Shown here: piece after piece, positions 56,167-64,000 of the stretch | Numbering within the stretch: position 1 is the first letter of the stretch | How the letters are laid out: the number at the start of each line of letters is the position of its first letter | IMG/VR virus record: IMGVR_UViG_3300037264_006630 | Coordinates: 64,001 to 128,000 of that record | DNA: 64,000 nucleotides | Reading direction: 5' to 3' (one strand) | From: a virus | The notes under the pieces: generated by a model | The model's input: the letters and a program-made list of their open reading frames with translations, nothing else | What the model was told of the DNA's origin: nothing | The model's database searches: none | Translations under genes and position numbers: made by a program

Positions 56167-56774
56167 ACGACGCGCCGGACGACCAGCGGGCGGACAGGGA
56201 TCGGCGCCGCGCCGAGTGCATCCGCCTCAAGGTCTACCGGCGCACCGCGAGCGAGATCGATCTGGCTTGGCTCGCCCGCTGGGAGGTCAGCGCCACGGCC
56301 CGGCGCCCTCGGCACTCGCGCCCGCCGGTGGACATCGAGCCGGTGGTGAAGACGATCTGCCGCGACCACGGCGTGACGCTGGACGAGCTCCGCGAGAAAG
56401 GGCGGGCCCGTCGCCCCGAGGTCAAGCTGGCTCGGCGGCTTTTGGTACGGGCCCTCAACCTAGCTGGCAGCACGCCATCACAGATTGGCGAGGTGCTCGG
56501 GCGACCGGGGCCGATCGCGTCCAAGATGATCGGGAGGGCCAAGCATGCCGCGGGGCTCATCGACGACCGAGCCAATGCTCTCCTCATCGATGCGCGCGGT
56601 GCGGCGGCCGGCGAGGTGGTGATGCTGCCTGTCGTGGTGGGGTCGGAGGCGTGGTGCTACCTGGACCGGCTGGCCGAGATCGAGGAGATCACCGGTGCGG
56701 CGATCGCGAAGGCTGCCCTCCGCGCCGGGCTCGGTCTGCGGACGCGCACCGACCATGCCGTGGGGGCCGAGTAA
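56163..56774 (+). CDS. Protein with DnaA C-terminal/TrpR-like HTH
   Basis: IEPVVKTICRDHGVTLDELREKGR....VKLARRLLV...TPSQIGEVLGR. Confidence 0.6.
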   Translation: MNDAPDDQRADRDRRRAECIRLKVYRRTASEIDLAWLARWEVSATARRPRHSRPPVDIEPVVKTICRDHGVTLDELREKGRARRPEVKLARRLLVRALNLAGSTPSQIGEVLGRPGPIASKMIGRAKHAAGLIDDRANALLIDARGAAAGEVVMLPVVVGSEAWCYLDRLAEIEEITGAAIAKAALRAGLGLRTRTDHAVGAE

Positions 56775-56779
56775 ACAGC

Positions 56780-56813
56780 GACCTTGCGTTGCGGGTGACG
56801 CCCGGAACATCCT
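56780..56813 (+). promoter_or_regulatory. Putative late promoter
   Basis: GACCTTGCG; TTGCGT-N18-CATCCT, ATG 56821 follows. Confidence 0.5.
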
Positions 56814-56820
56814 GCCTGGC

Positions 56821-57243
56821 ATGGGCTCTCCCGTCGTTCACCGCAAGCGGAACTTCGCCACGAAGTCGATCGAGGAAGTGGCGTTCGATGTGATGTTCCG
56901 CGGGTTCCGCTGCACGAGCTGCGGCAACCCCAGGCCCTGCATCCGCATCCAGATGTTCTGCGCGATCGACGACCTGCCGCCGGTCTGGAAGGTCGCGGTG
57001 GAGCGGATGAAAGCGGCCGGCGAGCTGCGCACCGTGAACCTCAAGACGAGCGACCCGAACAAGCCCAAGCCCGGCATCCGGGTGGGTGAGGCGTACGCCT
57101 GCCATTCCTGCAAGCGCGAGCTCGAGATCGCGGCGGCCAGGGCGCCGAGCTTCTACGTGGTGGCGATCGATCGGCAGGAGCAGACGGCGGGCGCGCAGGT
57201 CCAGGGCGGGCTGATCCTGCTCCCCTCCCACGCCGGGGGGTGA
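56821..57243 (+). CDS. Zn-ribbon hypothetical protein
   Basis: RCTSCG...ACHSC. Confidence 0.68.
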   Translation: MGSPVVHRKRNFATKSIEEVAFDVMFRGFRCTSCGNPRPCIRIQMFCAIDDLPPVWKVAVERMKAAGELRTVNLKTSDPNKPKPGIRVGEAYACHSCKRELEIAAARAPSFYVVAIDRQEQTAGAQVQGGLILLPSHAGG

Positions 57244-57246
57244 GGC

Positions 57247-58695
57247 GTGGACCTCAAGCGCTACCTCGCGATCCTCCGCGAGCAACGGCACCGGCTGGAG
57301 GTGATGGCGAGGGTCCAGGGGGTGGTGCCGCTCCGGGGGGTCTACGACGCGCTGCTCGCCACCATCGCCAAGGGGTCAGGCGGCGGGAAGATGGACCGAG
57401 GCCAGCAGATTGAGATCATGCAGCGCGCGCGGCAGGCGATGTCGCGGTTCGTCCGCTCCGGCGCCGACGTGCTCAACATCGCCGCGGCCCACGTCGTCAC
57501 CGCCACCGCCGGGCAGGCGTTCGGCGTGATGTCGGCGCTCGAGCGGGACCGGACAGGACGACCGCTGATCATGTCCGACCGTGCCCGCGACGCGATCGCG
57601 TCGGCAGGGCCCAAGCCCGGAACGCTCATCGGCGCGCACCAGCGCAGCCTCGCCAGGTACGGCGCCCACGTCGTCACCCGGATCGACGAGCAGGTGAGTG
57701 CCGGGCTGGCGCTGGGGGAGACGCACACCGAGGTCATCGACCGGGTGATGGGAGCAGCCGACCTCGAGTGGTACCAGGCCGACCGCATCGCGCGCACCGA
57801 GCTTTCCTACGCCGGCAACAGCGCGGCGCGCGCGGCGATCGGCAAGGAGCACGAGATCCTGGGCGATGTGTACTCGCAGTGGACCGAGAACGCCGACGAG
57901 GACGGGCGACCGCTGGACGACATCGTGTGCGTCGACTCGCTGGCGCTGCACGGTCAGATCGCCGGGCCCGGTCAACTCTTCGTCATGCCGCCTACCTCGG
58001 TCTACCCGGACGCTCGTGGGCGCACCGAGGTCCCCCTCAAGATGATCGGCATGACCTGGGCCCATCCGCCAAACCGTCCGAACGACCGCTCCGTGATCGG
58101 ACCCTGGCGTCCGCATTGGGCGACCCCAGGTTGGCGCTGGGAGGAAGAGGCCCGCATCGACAAGCGGAAGTCGCTCGAGGATGCCGAGCCGGGACAGGAA
58201 GAGCCGGCGAGCGAAGAAGACCTGGCCGCCGCGCGCCGGGTGCAGGTGCAGTCGGCCAAGGCGTTGGCGCAGACCCAGGGCGAGGCACCGCGTGGACTCA
58301 GTGGGCGTCCGCGCCAGCCGCCGGACGCTCCGGCTGTCCCGGGCGCCGCGCCGCGCCGCGCATCGGTCGCGGCTCCAGTCGTCGCTCCGCCCGGCGGCGG
58401 ACGATCGGCTCCTCCGGCCCGGACGATTCCCGCTGCCACGCCAGGTGCGCGGCCTACGCTGCTCCCGGCGCCGACCATCGCCGAAGGTCGCGCCCGCGCC
58501 TTGGAGTCGACGGGCACGCCGCAACAGCGCGCGCAGGAGTTCCTCCTGGATCGCGCCAAGCGGCGAGACTCCGCAGACGAGGCAATGCGGACGATCGACA
58601 AGATCGTGGCAGACGCGGCCTCTGCCGCCGCCAAGGATATGCCACCTCCGAAGCCATCACGGCCGCATCCCAAGCCGCCCAAGAAGGGCAAGTAG
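57247..58695 (+). CDS. Head morphogenesis / minor capsid protein (Mu gpF/SPP1 gp7-like)
   Basis: ADRIARTELSYAGN, SQW......D..VCVDSLALHGQ, HPPNRPNDRSVIGPW; low-complexity C-terminus. Confidence 0.8.
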   Translation: MDLKRYLAILREQRHRLEVMARVQGVVPLRGVYDALLATIAKGSGGGKMDRGQQIEIMQRARQAMSRFVRSGADVLNIAAAHVVTATAGQAFGVMSALERDRTGRPLIMSDRARDAIASAGPKPGTLIGAHQRSLARYGAHVVTRIDEQVSAGLALGETHTEVIDRVMGAADLEWYQADRIARTELSYAGNSAARAAIGKEHEILGDVYSQWTENADEDGRPLDDIVCVDSLALHGQIAGPGQLFVMPPTSVYPDARGRTEVPLKMIGMTWAHPPNRPNDRSVIGPWRPHWATPGWRWEEEARIDKRKSLEDAEPGQEEPASEEDLAAARRVQVQSAKALAQTQGEAPRGLSGRPRQPPDAPAVPGAAPRRASVAAPVVAPPGGGRSAPPARTIPAATPGARPTLLPAPTIAEGRARALESTGTPQQRAQEFLLDRAKRRDSADEAMRTIDKIVADAASAAAKDMPPPKPSRPHPKPPKKGK

Positions 58696-58713
58696 ACCAC
58701 GCTCCGCACACTT

Positions 58714-58747
58714 GACCTTGCGCGCGCTTCTGCGCGCTCGGCATCCT
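58714..58747 (+). promoter_or_regulatory. Putative late promoter
   Basis: GACCTTGCG; TTGCGC-N18-CATCCT. Confidence 0.5.
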
Positions 58748-58774
58748 CCGGCGCAAGTAGGAGGATTGCCACCC

Positions 58775-59122
58775 ATGTTCCCCGCCGCATCGCCCATCGC
58801 GAGCCCCCTGATCGGGGGTGACCCCGCCGTCACTCCGGTCGCAGCCCCCCTGCCCGAGCCCGCCGCCGCCTGGTCGGAGGCCGCCGCGCAGGCGGTGAAG
58901 GACCACGCCGCCCTCATCGCGTCGGTCACCTCCGCGCTCGAGAACGCCGAGGAGAGCGACTTCTGCGAGAAGCCCGACGAGGATCTCATGAAGGCCGCGC
59001 TCGTCACCCTCACCGGCATGACCGCCGATCTGGCCAAGGTCGTCGAGGCAGCGAAGGTCGCCGTCGAGGACGAAGCCGAGGCCGCCGAGCAGGCTGCCGC
59101 GGAAGCCGCTCCCCCGGGCTGA
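58775..59122 (+). CDS. Acidic hypothetical protein in the head module
   Basis: AGGAGG SD; 115 aa. Confidence 0.68.
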   Translation: MFPAASPIASPLIGGDPAVTPVAAPLPEPAAAWSEAAAQAVKDHAALIASVTSALENAEESDFCEKPDEDLMKAALVTLTGMTADLAKVVEAAKVAVEDEAEAAEQAAAEAAPPG

Positions 59123-59124
59123 CC

Positions 59125-59508
59125 ATGGCCGACCTCGCCGACATCGCGCTTTGCGTCACCGCCGCTCGAGCCGTCACCTCGACGAGCCTGAGCGGTAGTC
59201 ATGCGAAGTACGAGGCCACCGAGGCGTTCGACCGCATCGAGACGCGCACCATCGACCTCGAAACCGACAGCCCCGAGAGCGTGGCCTTCGGTGATCTTCC
59301 GTCGGCGGCGCTCGTCATGCTCCAGTCTCCCGGGGGCAAGGTTCGCGCCCGCCTGACCTCGGCCGATGGGACCTTGCAGTCGGTCCCCGTCGACCCGGTG
59401 GCGTTCATCCTCTCCCTCACCGTCCCCATCACCGCCATCGACCTGACCCGGGTTGCCGGGTCTCCCACCGTCCGTGTCAGCGCCACCCTCGGCGCGCCAA
59501 CTGTCTGA
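59125..59508 (+). CDS. Probable virion structural protein
   Basis: Beta-rich 127 aa within the head module; position-based. Confidence 0.6.
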   Translation: MADLADIALCVTAARAVTSTSLSGSHAKYEATEAFDRIETRTIDLETDSPESVAFGDLPSAALVMLQSPGGKVRARLTSADGTLQSVPVDPVAFILSLTVPITAIDLTRVAGSPTVRVSATLGAPTV

Positions 59509-59526
59509 CCTCACAGGAGCCCCGCC

Positions 59527-59970
59527 ATGCCGACCGAGTTCACCGTCACGTCCGCCCTCGAGCAGCTCAACCCCAACTACCTCGCGGACGCGCTCCGCAG
59601 GCTCCACATCGGGCTCCGCGAGGCCGGCGTCAAGGTGGCGGTCGCCGCCAGCGTGCAGACCCCGGCGGTCGGCCGCGGCACGATCGAGAGCCCCAAGGTC
59701 ACCGTGGCCACCGTCGTGGCGACCTTCGACCCGCCGATCGCGGCGGTGAAGGCGCTGCGCGTCACCTCGGGCGCGGCGACCGGCGGTCGCATCCTGCTCG
59801 ATGCCGCCGGCACCGCCGCGCAGATCGGCACCTCCGGCGTGTACGCGGCCGTCATCTCCGACGACGGCTCGACGATCACGTTCGAGGCCACCATCACCGG
59901 CTTCGTGATCTCGTACATCCCGCGCCTGTCGGCGGCCGACCTCGCCGCCAAGTTCTACCCCCTGACCTGA
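59527..59970 (+). CDS. Probable virion structural (decoration-type) protein
   Basis: AGGAG SD; Ala/Thr/Val-rich 147 aa; position-based. Confidence 0.6.
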   Translation: MPTEFTVTSALEQLNPNYLADALRRLHIGLREAGVKVAVAASVQTPAVGRGTIESPKVTVATVVATFDPPIAAVKALRVTSGAATGGRILLDAAGTAAQIGTSGVYAAVISDDGSTITFEATITGFVISYIPRLSAADLAAKFYPLT

Positions 59971-60004
59971 TCGCTTCGGCGACTGGTCAGCGGTTCGACG
60001 CCGC
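59962..60004 (+). terminator. Structured 3-prime end (UUCG hairpin plus second hairpin)
   Basis: CTGACC...TCGC-TTCG-GCGA...GGTCAG followed by GCGG-TTCGACG-CCGC; no U-tract. Confidence 0.35.
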
Positions 60005-60133
60005 ACTCACCCCGAACACGTCAACCCTTCACCCCTGAACCGTCCGCTTCACCCACAGTCGTCTCGCTGTCTACGCTCACGCGAACAACGGCGGAACAAT
60101 CAGTTGGAAGAAACGGGACCCTGAAAGGCAAGC

Positions 60134-61270
60134 ATGACGGTCGCAGCCAACGCCACGGACCCTCCAGCCCAGCCTGCCCCGCCGCCACCGGCGAGTGCGG
60201 CCACGGCCGATCCCCCATCGCCAGTGGCCGCGCCCATCCCGCCCGAGAGCCAGCCCCAGGTCGTCTTCGAGGTCCCGCCCGTCTCGCCGGTTGTCCCGGC
60301 AGTCGTGGTGGCGCCCGCGCCGACCGAGGTGACGCCACCGCCCCAAGTCGTCCCGCCTCCCACGCCATCGCCCGAGTCGCCCCCGGTCACTGCGGTTCCC
60401 GCCGCTCCCGATCCGGATCTCGACGAAGACGACGTGAAGGAGGGCGCGGTCGCCAAGGGCGATGTCCTGACCGTCCCCCGCAAGTCGTTCAACGGACGCA
60501 TGTCGCGCGAGCGCCGCAAGGGACGCGAGGCCGCCGAAGAGAAGCTCCTCCAGCCAGTGCTGGCCGCGGGGTTCACCTCCTTCGCCGACGTTCTCGAGCA
60601 CGCCACGAAGTACAAGCAGCAACAGGCCAAGGCCAAGGAGATCCCCGTGACCGTTCCCGCAGTCGTTCCCATCCCCGATCCCGCGGCCATCGCCGCGACC
60701 ACCCAGCCGCCGGGCACGCCGCCGCCCCTGATCGCGCCCCCCCCGAGCGGTCAGCCGCCGGGCGACGGTCGCACCCTGTCGGCCGAGGAGCGCAAGAGCC
60801 AGCGGATGGCGCGCCAGCAGGCGGCGCAGGCCGAGGCCGATCGCAAGGCCGCGGTCGAGCGGTCCAACGCCGAAGTCGCCGCGGCCAAGGCCGAGACGGA
60901 CCGCATCAAGGCGCGGACCACGATCGGCTACAAGCTGGCCGCCGAGCGCCCGGTCGACATCGAGTTCGCGCTCGCGCGCTACGACACCCACGTCGCCACC
61001 CTGGACGACGCCGGCAAGGCGGCGCTCGCCACCACCGACGGCTGGAACAAGTGGATGGCCGACTTCAAGAAGGCCAACCCGTTCCTCTTCGCCTCGCCAG
61101 CGCCGACGCAGGTCCCGGCCACCACCGGCCCCGTCGTCATCCCGCCCCCGGCCCCCGGCCCCGCCGCGGTCGGCGCGGTCGCGGGCGACGGTGCCAAGAT
61201 CGACGCGCGCACCATGACCCCGGCGGCGTACGCGCAGCTCAAGCAGCAACGCGGCCTGGCCGCACGCTGA
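60134..61270 (+). CDS. Capsid scaffolding protein
   Basis: Pro-rich N-terminus, coiled coil, KKANPFLF near the C-terminus, directly upstream of the major capsid gene. Confidence 0.72.
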   Translation: MTVAANATDPPAQPAPPPPASAATADPPSPVAAPIPPESQPQVVFEVPPVSPVVPAVVVAPAPTEVTPPPQVVPPPTPSPESPPVTAVPAAPDPDLDEDDVKEGAVAKGDVLTVPRKSFNGRMSRERRKGREAAEEKLLQPVLAAGFTSFADVLEHATKYKQQQAKAKEIPVTVPAVVPIPDPAAIAATTQPPGTPPPLIAPPPSGQPPGDGRTLSAEERKSQRMARQQAAQAEADRKAAVERSNAEVAAAKAETDRIKARTTIGYKLAAERPVDIEFALARYDTHVATLDDAGKAALATTDGWNKWMADFKKANPFLFASPAPTQVPATTGPVVIPPPAPGPAAVGAVAGDGAKIDARTMTPAAYAQLKQQRGLAAR

Positions 61271-61273
61271 CCC

Positions 61274-61307
61274 GACCTTGCGCGCGGTGATTTCGCGCTC
61301 GTAGCCT
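61274..61307 (+). promoter_or_regulatory. Putative late promoter upstream of the major capsid gene
   Basis: GACCTTGCG; TTGCGC-N18-TAGCCT. Confidence 0.5.
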
Positions 61308-61344
61308 TTCTCGCACCACCTCTCTTCACCTCCCGGAGAACCCC

Positions 61345-62772
61345 ATGAGCATCCTCGACACGCCGTACTACCGCTCGCTGGTGCAGGACAACCTGATCAT
61401 CGCCGAGTTCCAGTTGGCCCTCTTCCCCCTCCTCCAGTTCCGGGACGAGGCGCTGCCCGAGGCGTGGGGCGAGAACACCGGCGACACCAAGATCTTCACC
61501 GCCAACGGCCTGCTCCCGACGCGGACCGCGCCGATCCGGCAGGGTGACGAGCCGCCCGTGGCCAACTACGGCCGCGAGCAGTGGGCGGTGACCCAGCAGG
61601 CGTACGGCACGTCGATCGACACCAACGTGCCGACCGCGACCCAGGCGGCGGTGAACCTGCTCCTCCAGGACATCAAGGAGCTCGGCCGGGCGGCGGGCCG
61701 TTCGATCAACCAGATCGCGCGCAACGTGATGTACAACGCGGCGCTCTCCGGCCACACCGTCTGCTACGGCGGCTCGGGCGGTTCGACGGTCACCATCCCG
61801 GTGCTCCGCCTGAACGGCCTCACCCGCGCCCGGCGCCCCGACCTCGCGGCCGGCTCGCCCGTCCGCTACGACACGGTGTCGGTGAGCAACCCGCTCCCGA
61901 TCAGGTGGGGCGCGACCCTGTCCACCACCGCGCTCGTGGTCGGCTACACCCCGACCTTCACGGGCGACGAGATCGGGCCCGGCACCATCACGCTGGCCGT
62001 GGCGGCGTCCATCGCCGACCGCGACCCGATCGTGGCGGACACCGCGACCTGGATCCGGCGCTCCGGCGGCGGCAACTCGGTCGACTCGCTGTCGACCTCG
62101 GACCTGCTCACGTTCGCCGACCTGCGCGAGGCCCTGGCCCGCCTCGGCAACATGAACATCCCGCGCCACGCGGACGGCTACTACCACGGCCACTTCGACT
62201 CGATCTCGAGCAACCAGATCTTCTCGGACACCGAGTGGCGGCAGCTCACGGAGACCCGGGTCGACGGCATCCAGTACCAGGAGCACGCCATCGGGCAGAA
62301 GCTCAACACGGTCTGGTACAAGAACGAGGAGTCGCCGACCCCGTACACCGTCAACCTGCCCAACGGCCAGACCGACGGCACGGCCGGCGACCAGTTCCGC
62401 CCGACCGTGGACAACTTCGCGGGCGAGCTCTACTCGAACGGCGACCCGGCCTCCGGTGTGGCGGTCCACCGCACCCTCATCACCGGCGGCGAGGGCCTCC
62501 GGGAGTACTACGTCGACCAGGACGCGTACATCACCGAGGCCGGCACCACCGGCAAGATCTCGGACTGCCCGCTGGTCACCGCGGGCGCGGTGCAGATGGC
62601 GACTACCAACGCGCACATCAAGCTCATCCAGCGCGCGCCGCTCGATCGCCGCCAGCAGACGGTGTCGAACACCTGGAGCTACGACGGCGCGTTCGTCGAG
62701 CGCACGGACGGCGCGTCGGGCGATGGTCGCTACTTCAAGCGCGTCGCCGTGGTCGAGCACGGTCGCCCCTGA
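61345..62772 (+). CDS. Major capsid protein
   Basis: After the scaffold; GDTKIFT, EQWAVTQQAYG.SIDT, ELGRAAGRSINQIARN, YYHGHFD, LIQRAPLDRRQQTVSNTWSYDG resemble HK97-fold capsid proteins. Confidence 0.82.
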   Translation: MSILDTPYYRSLVQDNLIIAEFQLALFPLLQFRDEALPEAWGENTGDTKIFTANGLLPTRTAPIRQGDEPPVANYGREQWAVTQQAYGTSIDTNVPTATQAAVNLLLQDIKELGRAAGRSINQIARNVMYNAALSGHTVCYGGSGGSTVTIPVLRLNGLTRARRPDLAAGSPVRYDTVSVSNPLPIRWGATLSTTALVVGYTPTFTGDEIGPGTITLAVAASIADRDPIVADTATWIRRSGGGNSVDSLSTSDLLTFADLREALARLGNMNIPRHADGYYHGHFDSISSNQIFSDTEWRQLTETRVDGIQYQEHAIGQKLNTVWYKNEESPTPYTVNLPNGQTDGTAGDQFRPTVDNFAGELYSNGDPASGVAVHRTLITGGEGLREYYVDQDAYITEAGTTGKISDCPLVTAGAVQMATTNAHIKLIQRAPLDRRQQTVSNTWSYDGAFVERTDGASGDGRYFKRVAVVEHGRP

Positions 62773-62803
62773 TCGCTGACCGCTGAGTCCGGTCGACCTG
62801 GAG

Positions 62804-62854
62804 AACATCCCGGGGAGTGGGTCGCACCGAGTCCCATCCACCCCGGGATGTTTT
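62804..62854 (+). terminator. Long hairpin with U-tract after the major capsid gene
   Basis: AACATCCCGGGG (62804-62815) pairs with CCCCGGGATGTT (62841-62852); TTTT 62851-62854. Confidence 0.6.
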
Positions 62855-62870
62855 GCGTCCAGAGGTCCCC

Positions 62871-63773
62871 ATGGTCCACGATCCGATCTTCTCCCCCGGC
62901 GCTCTCCCCGTCTCGACGGCGCTCACCGGCGACCCCAGCGTGGACGCCATCCACACCGCGACCGAGAACGCGCGTCTCGCCGAGATGATGGCAGCGGCCC
63001 GCATCTTCGCGACGTCCGACATGGTGATCGCGTCGCCGTACGGCATGATGTCGCCGGGCGCGCTGCGCACGCTGGTCGAGAGCGTCGGGTTCCGGCACCA
63101 ATCCTACGACGACCTCGAGCTCCGGCGGCTCATGGTGTACGTCGATGCTCGCCAGGTCCAGGCGGGCAAGCGGCCGTACGCGATCAAGGAGACCCAGCGC
63201 CAGTCCCACGCCGCGCCGGCGGCGCCGGTGAGGATCCCGCAGCTCCCGCGGTCGGCCTCGAACGAGTGGGAGGTGACCGAGCTCCACAACCGGGTGTGCA
63301 TCCCGGGCGGGGTCTACACCTGGCGCAAGGGTCTCATCGTCAAGCTCGCCGAGCTCGGCGAGGTCACCCTGCGCTCGGTCGTCGAGCAGGGCGTGAAGCT
63401 CAAGGCGTACCCCGAGGAGATGCCGCGGCGCACCTGTTCGACCTGCGACACGAGCTGGCCGGCGGACCTGCCGAACGGCGCCTCCTGCCCGATGTGCTTC
63501 CTCAACGAGCGCGGCGAGGACACGCGGCTCCGCGCTGTGGCCGAGCGCCTGGAAGCGATGGTCGGCTGGGCGCTCGCCGTGGGCGCGCCGCCGCTGGACG
63601 GCGACGGGACGTGGAGCGGTCAGCCGACCCCGGACCCCGGCAAGCTCGAGGTTCCCAAGACGATCGCGGCCCCGGTCGTGGAGTCGGTGGCCGACCCGCT
63701 GGCGGCCACGACCGAAGGTGCCGCCGAGTCGGAGCCGGTCGGCGGCAAGAAGCGCGCGAAGAAGGACGGCTGA
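62871..63773 (+). CDS. Hypothetical protein in the head module (CxxC...CxxC)
   Basis: 300 aa. Confidence 0.7.
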   Translation: MVHDPIFSPGALPVSTALTGDPSVDAIHTATENARLAEMMAAARIFATSDMVIASPYGMMSPGALRTLVESVGFRHQSYDDLELRRLMVYVDARQVQAGKRPYAIKETQRQSHAAPAAPVRIPQLPRSASNEWEVTELHNRVCIPGGVYTWRKGLIVKLAELGEVTLRSVVEQGVKLKAYPEEMPRRTCSTCDTSWPADLPNGASCPMCFLNERGEDTRLRAVAERLEAMVGWALAVGAPPLDGDGTWSGQPTPDPGKLEVPKTIAAPVVESVADPLAATTEGAAESEPVGGKKRAKKDG

Positions 63774-63776
63774 TCC

Positions 63777-64000
63777 GTGGCGGCGCTCTCGGCTGCGGAC
63801 AAGGCCCGGGTGCGCTATCACCTGGGATACCAGGCCGCCATGCCGGGCATGGGGTTCACGTTCGGCGTGCCGATCCTGTCGGCGCCGCACTACATCTTCG
63901 AGAGCGCGGTCCAGCACCTCATCGCCGAGAACGTGCCACAGGTCATCCGGCTGCTCGACACTCTCGACTGCATCGAACAGAAGATGATGGCGAGCGCGAC
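63777..64000 (+). CDS. Probable head completion/adaptor protein, partial
   Basis: GTG 63777; MAALSAADKARVRYHLGY... open to the window end; position-based. Confidence 0.55.
   Translation, partial: MAALSAADKARVRYHLGYQAAMPGMGFTFGVPILSAPHYIFESAVQHLIAENVPQVIRLLDTLDCIEQKMMASA

Noticed and set aside
59990-60004. tRNA suggested by GGTTCGACGCC
   Set aside because: No acceptor stem, D-arm or anticodon arm can be built around it.

Overview
The whole window looks like DNA of one large, very GC-rich tailed phage or prophage. I see no host housekeeping genes, integrase, DNA polymerase, tail genes, tRNAs or CRISPR array. The packaging genes (candidate small terminase, large terminase and portal; 26.5-31.2 kb) are separated by about 26 kb from the rest of the head module (gpF-like protein, scaffold, major capsid and a head-completion gene running off the end; 57.2-64 kb). 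The remainder is two blocks of about 100 small, tightly overlapping genes, each transcribed outwards from a divergent hub (about 12.2-12.55 kb and 36.86-37.22 kb). The most striking feature is a repeated regulatory grammar read directly from the intergenic DNA. (i) 14 promoters fit the sigma54 -24/-12 consensus (YGGCMCN-N4-NTGCW), and 13 have an ATG 14-15 nt after the -12 C. (ii) 18 copies of a 19-bp palindrome (best copy GTGTCGTCG-N-CGACGACAC, core TGT-N11-ACA) lie about 60 bp upstream of these promoters, mostly in pairs 80-95 bp apart, like enhancer sites. (iii) 8 sigma70-type TTGAC-N16/17-(T/C)ANNN(T/A) promoters. (iv) One 26-bp inverted-repeat operator (TTCRYRCRY-N8-RYGYRYGAA, 20 good copies) abuts the -24 box of the first class and covers the -10 box and start codon of the second. 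The phage also carries many probable DNA-modification genes: a Mom-like GNAT, a methyltransferase-helicase fusion, three PP-loop/PAPS-reductase-like proteins, an IbrA-GNAT-IbrB cluster and a TGT/DpdA-like gene. All family calls come from motif recognition by eye; no database search was run. A Myxococcota-like host is only an inference from GC content, sigma54 usage and the style of the LuxR domain.
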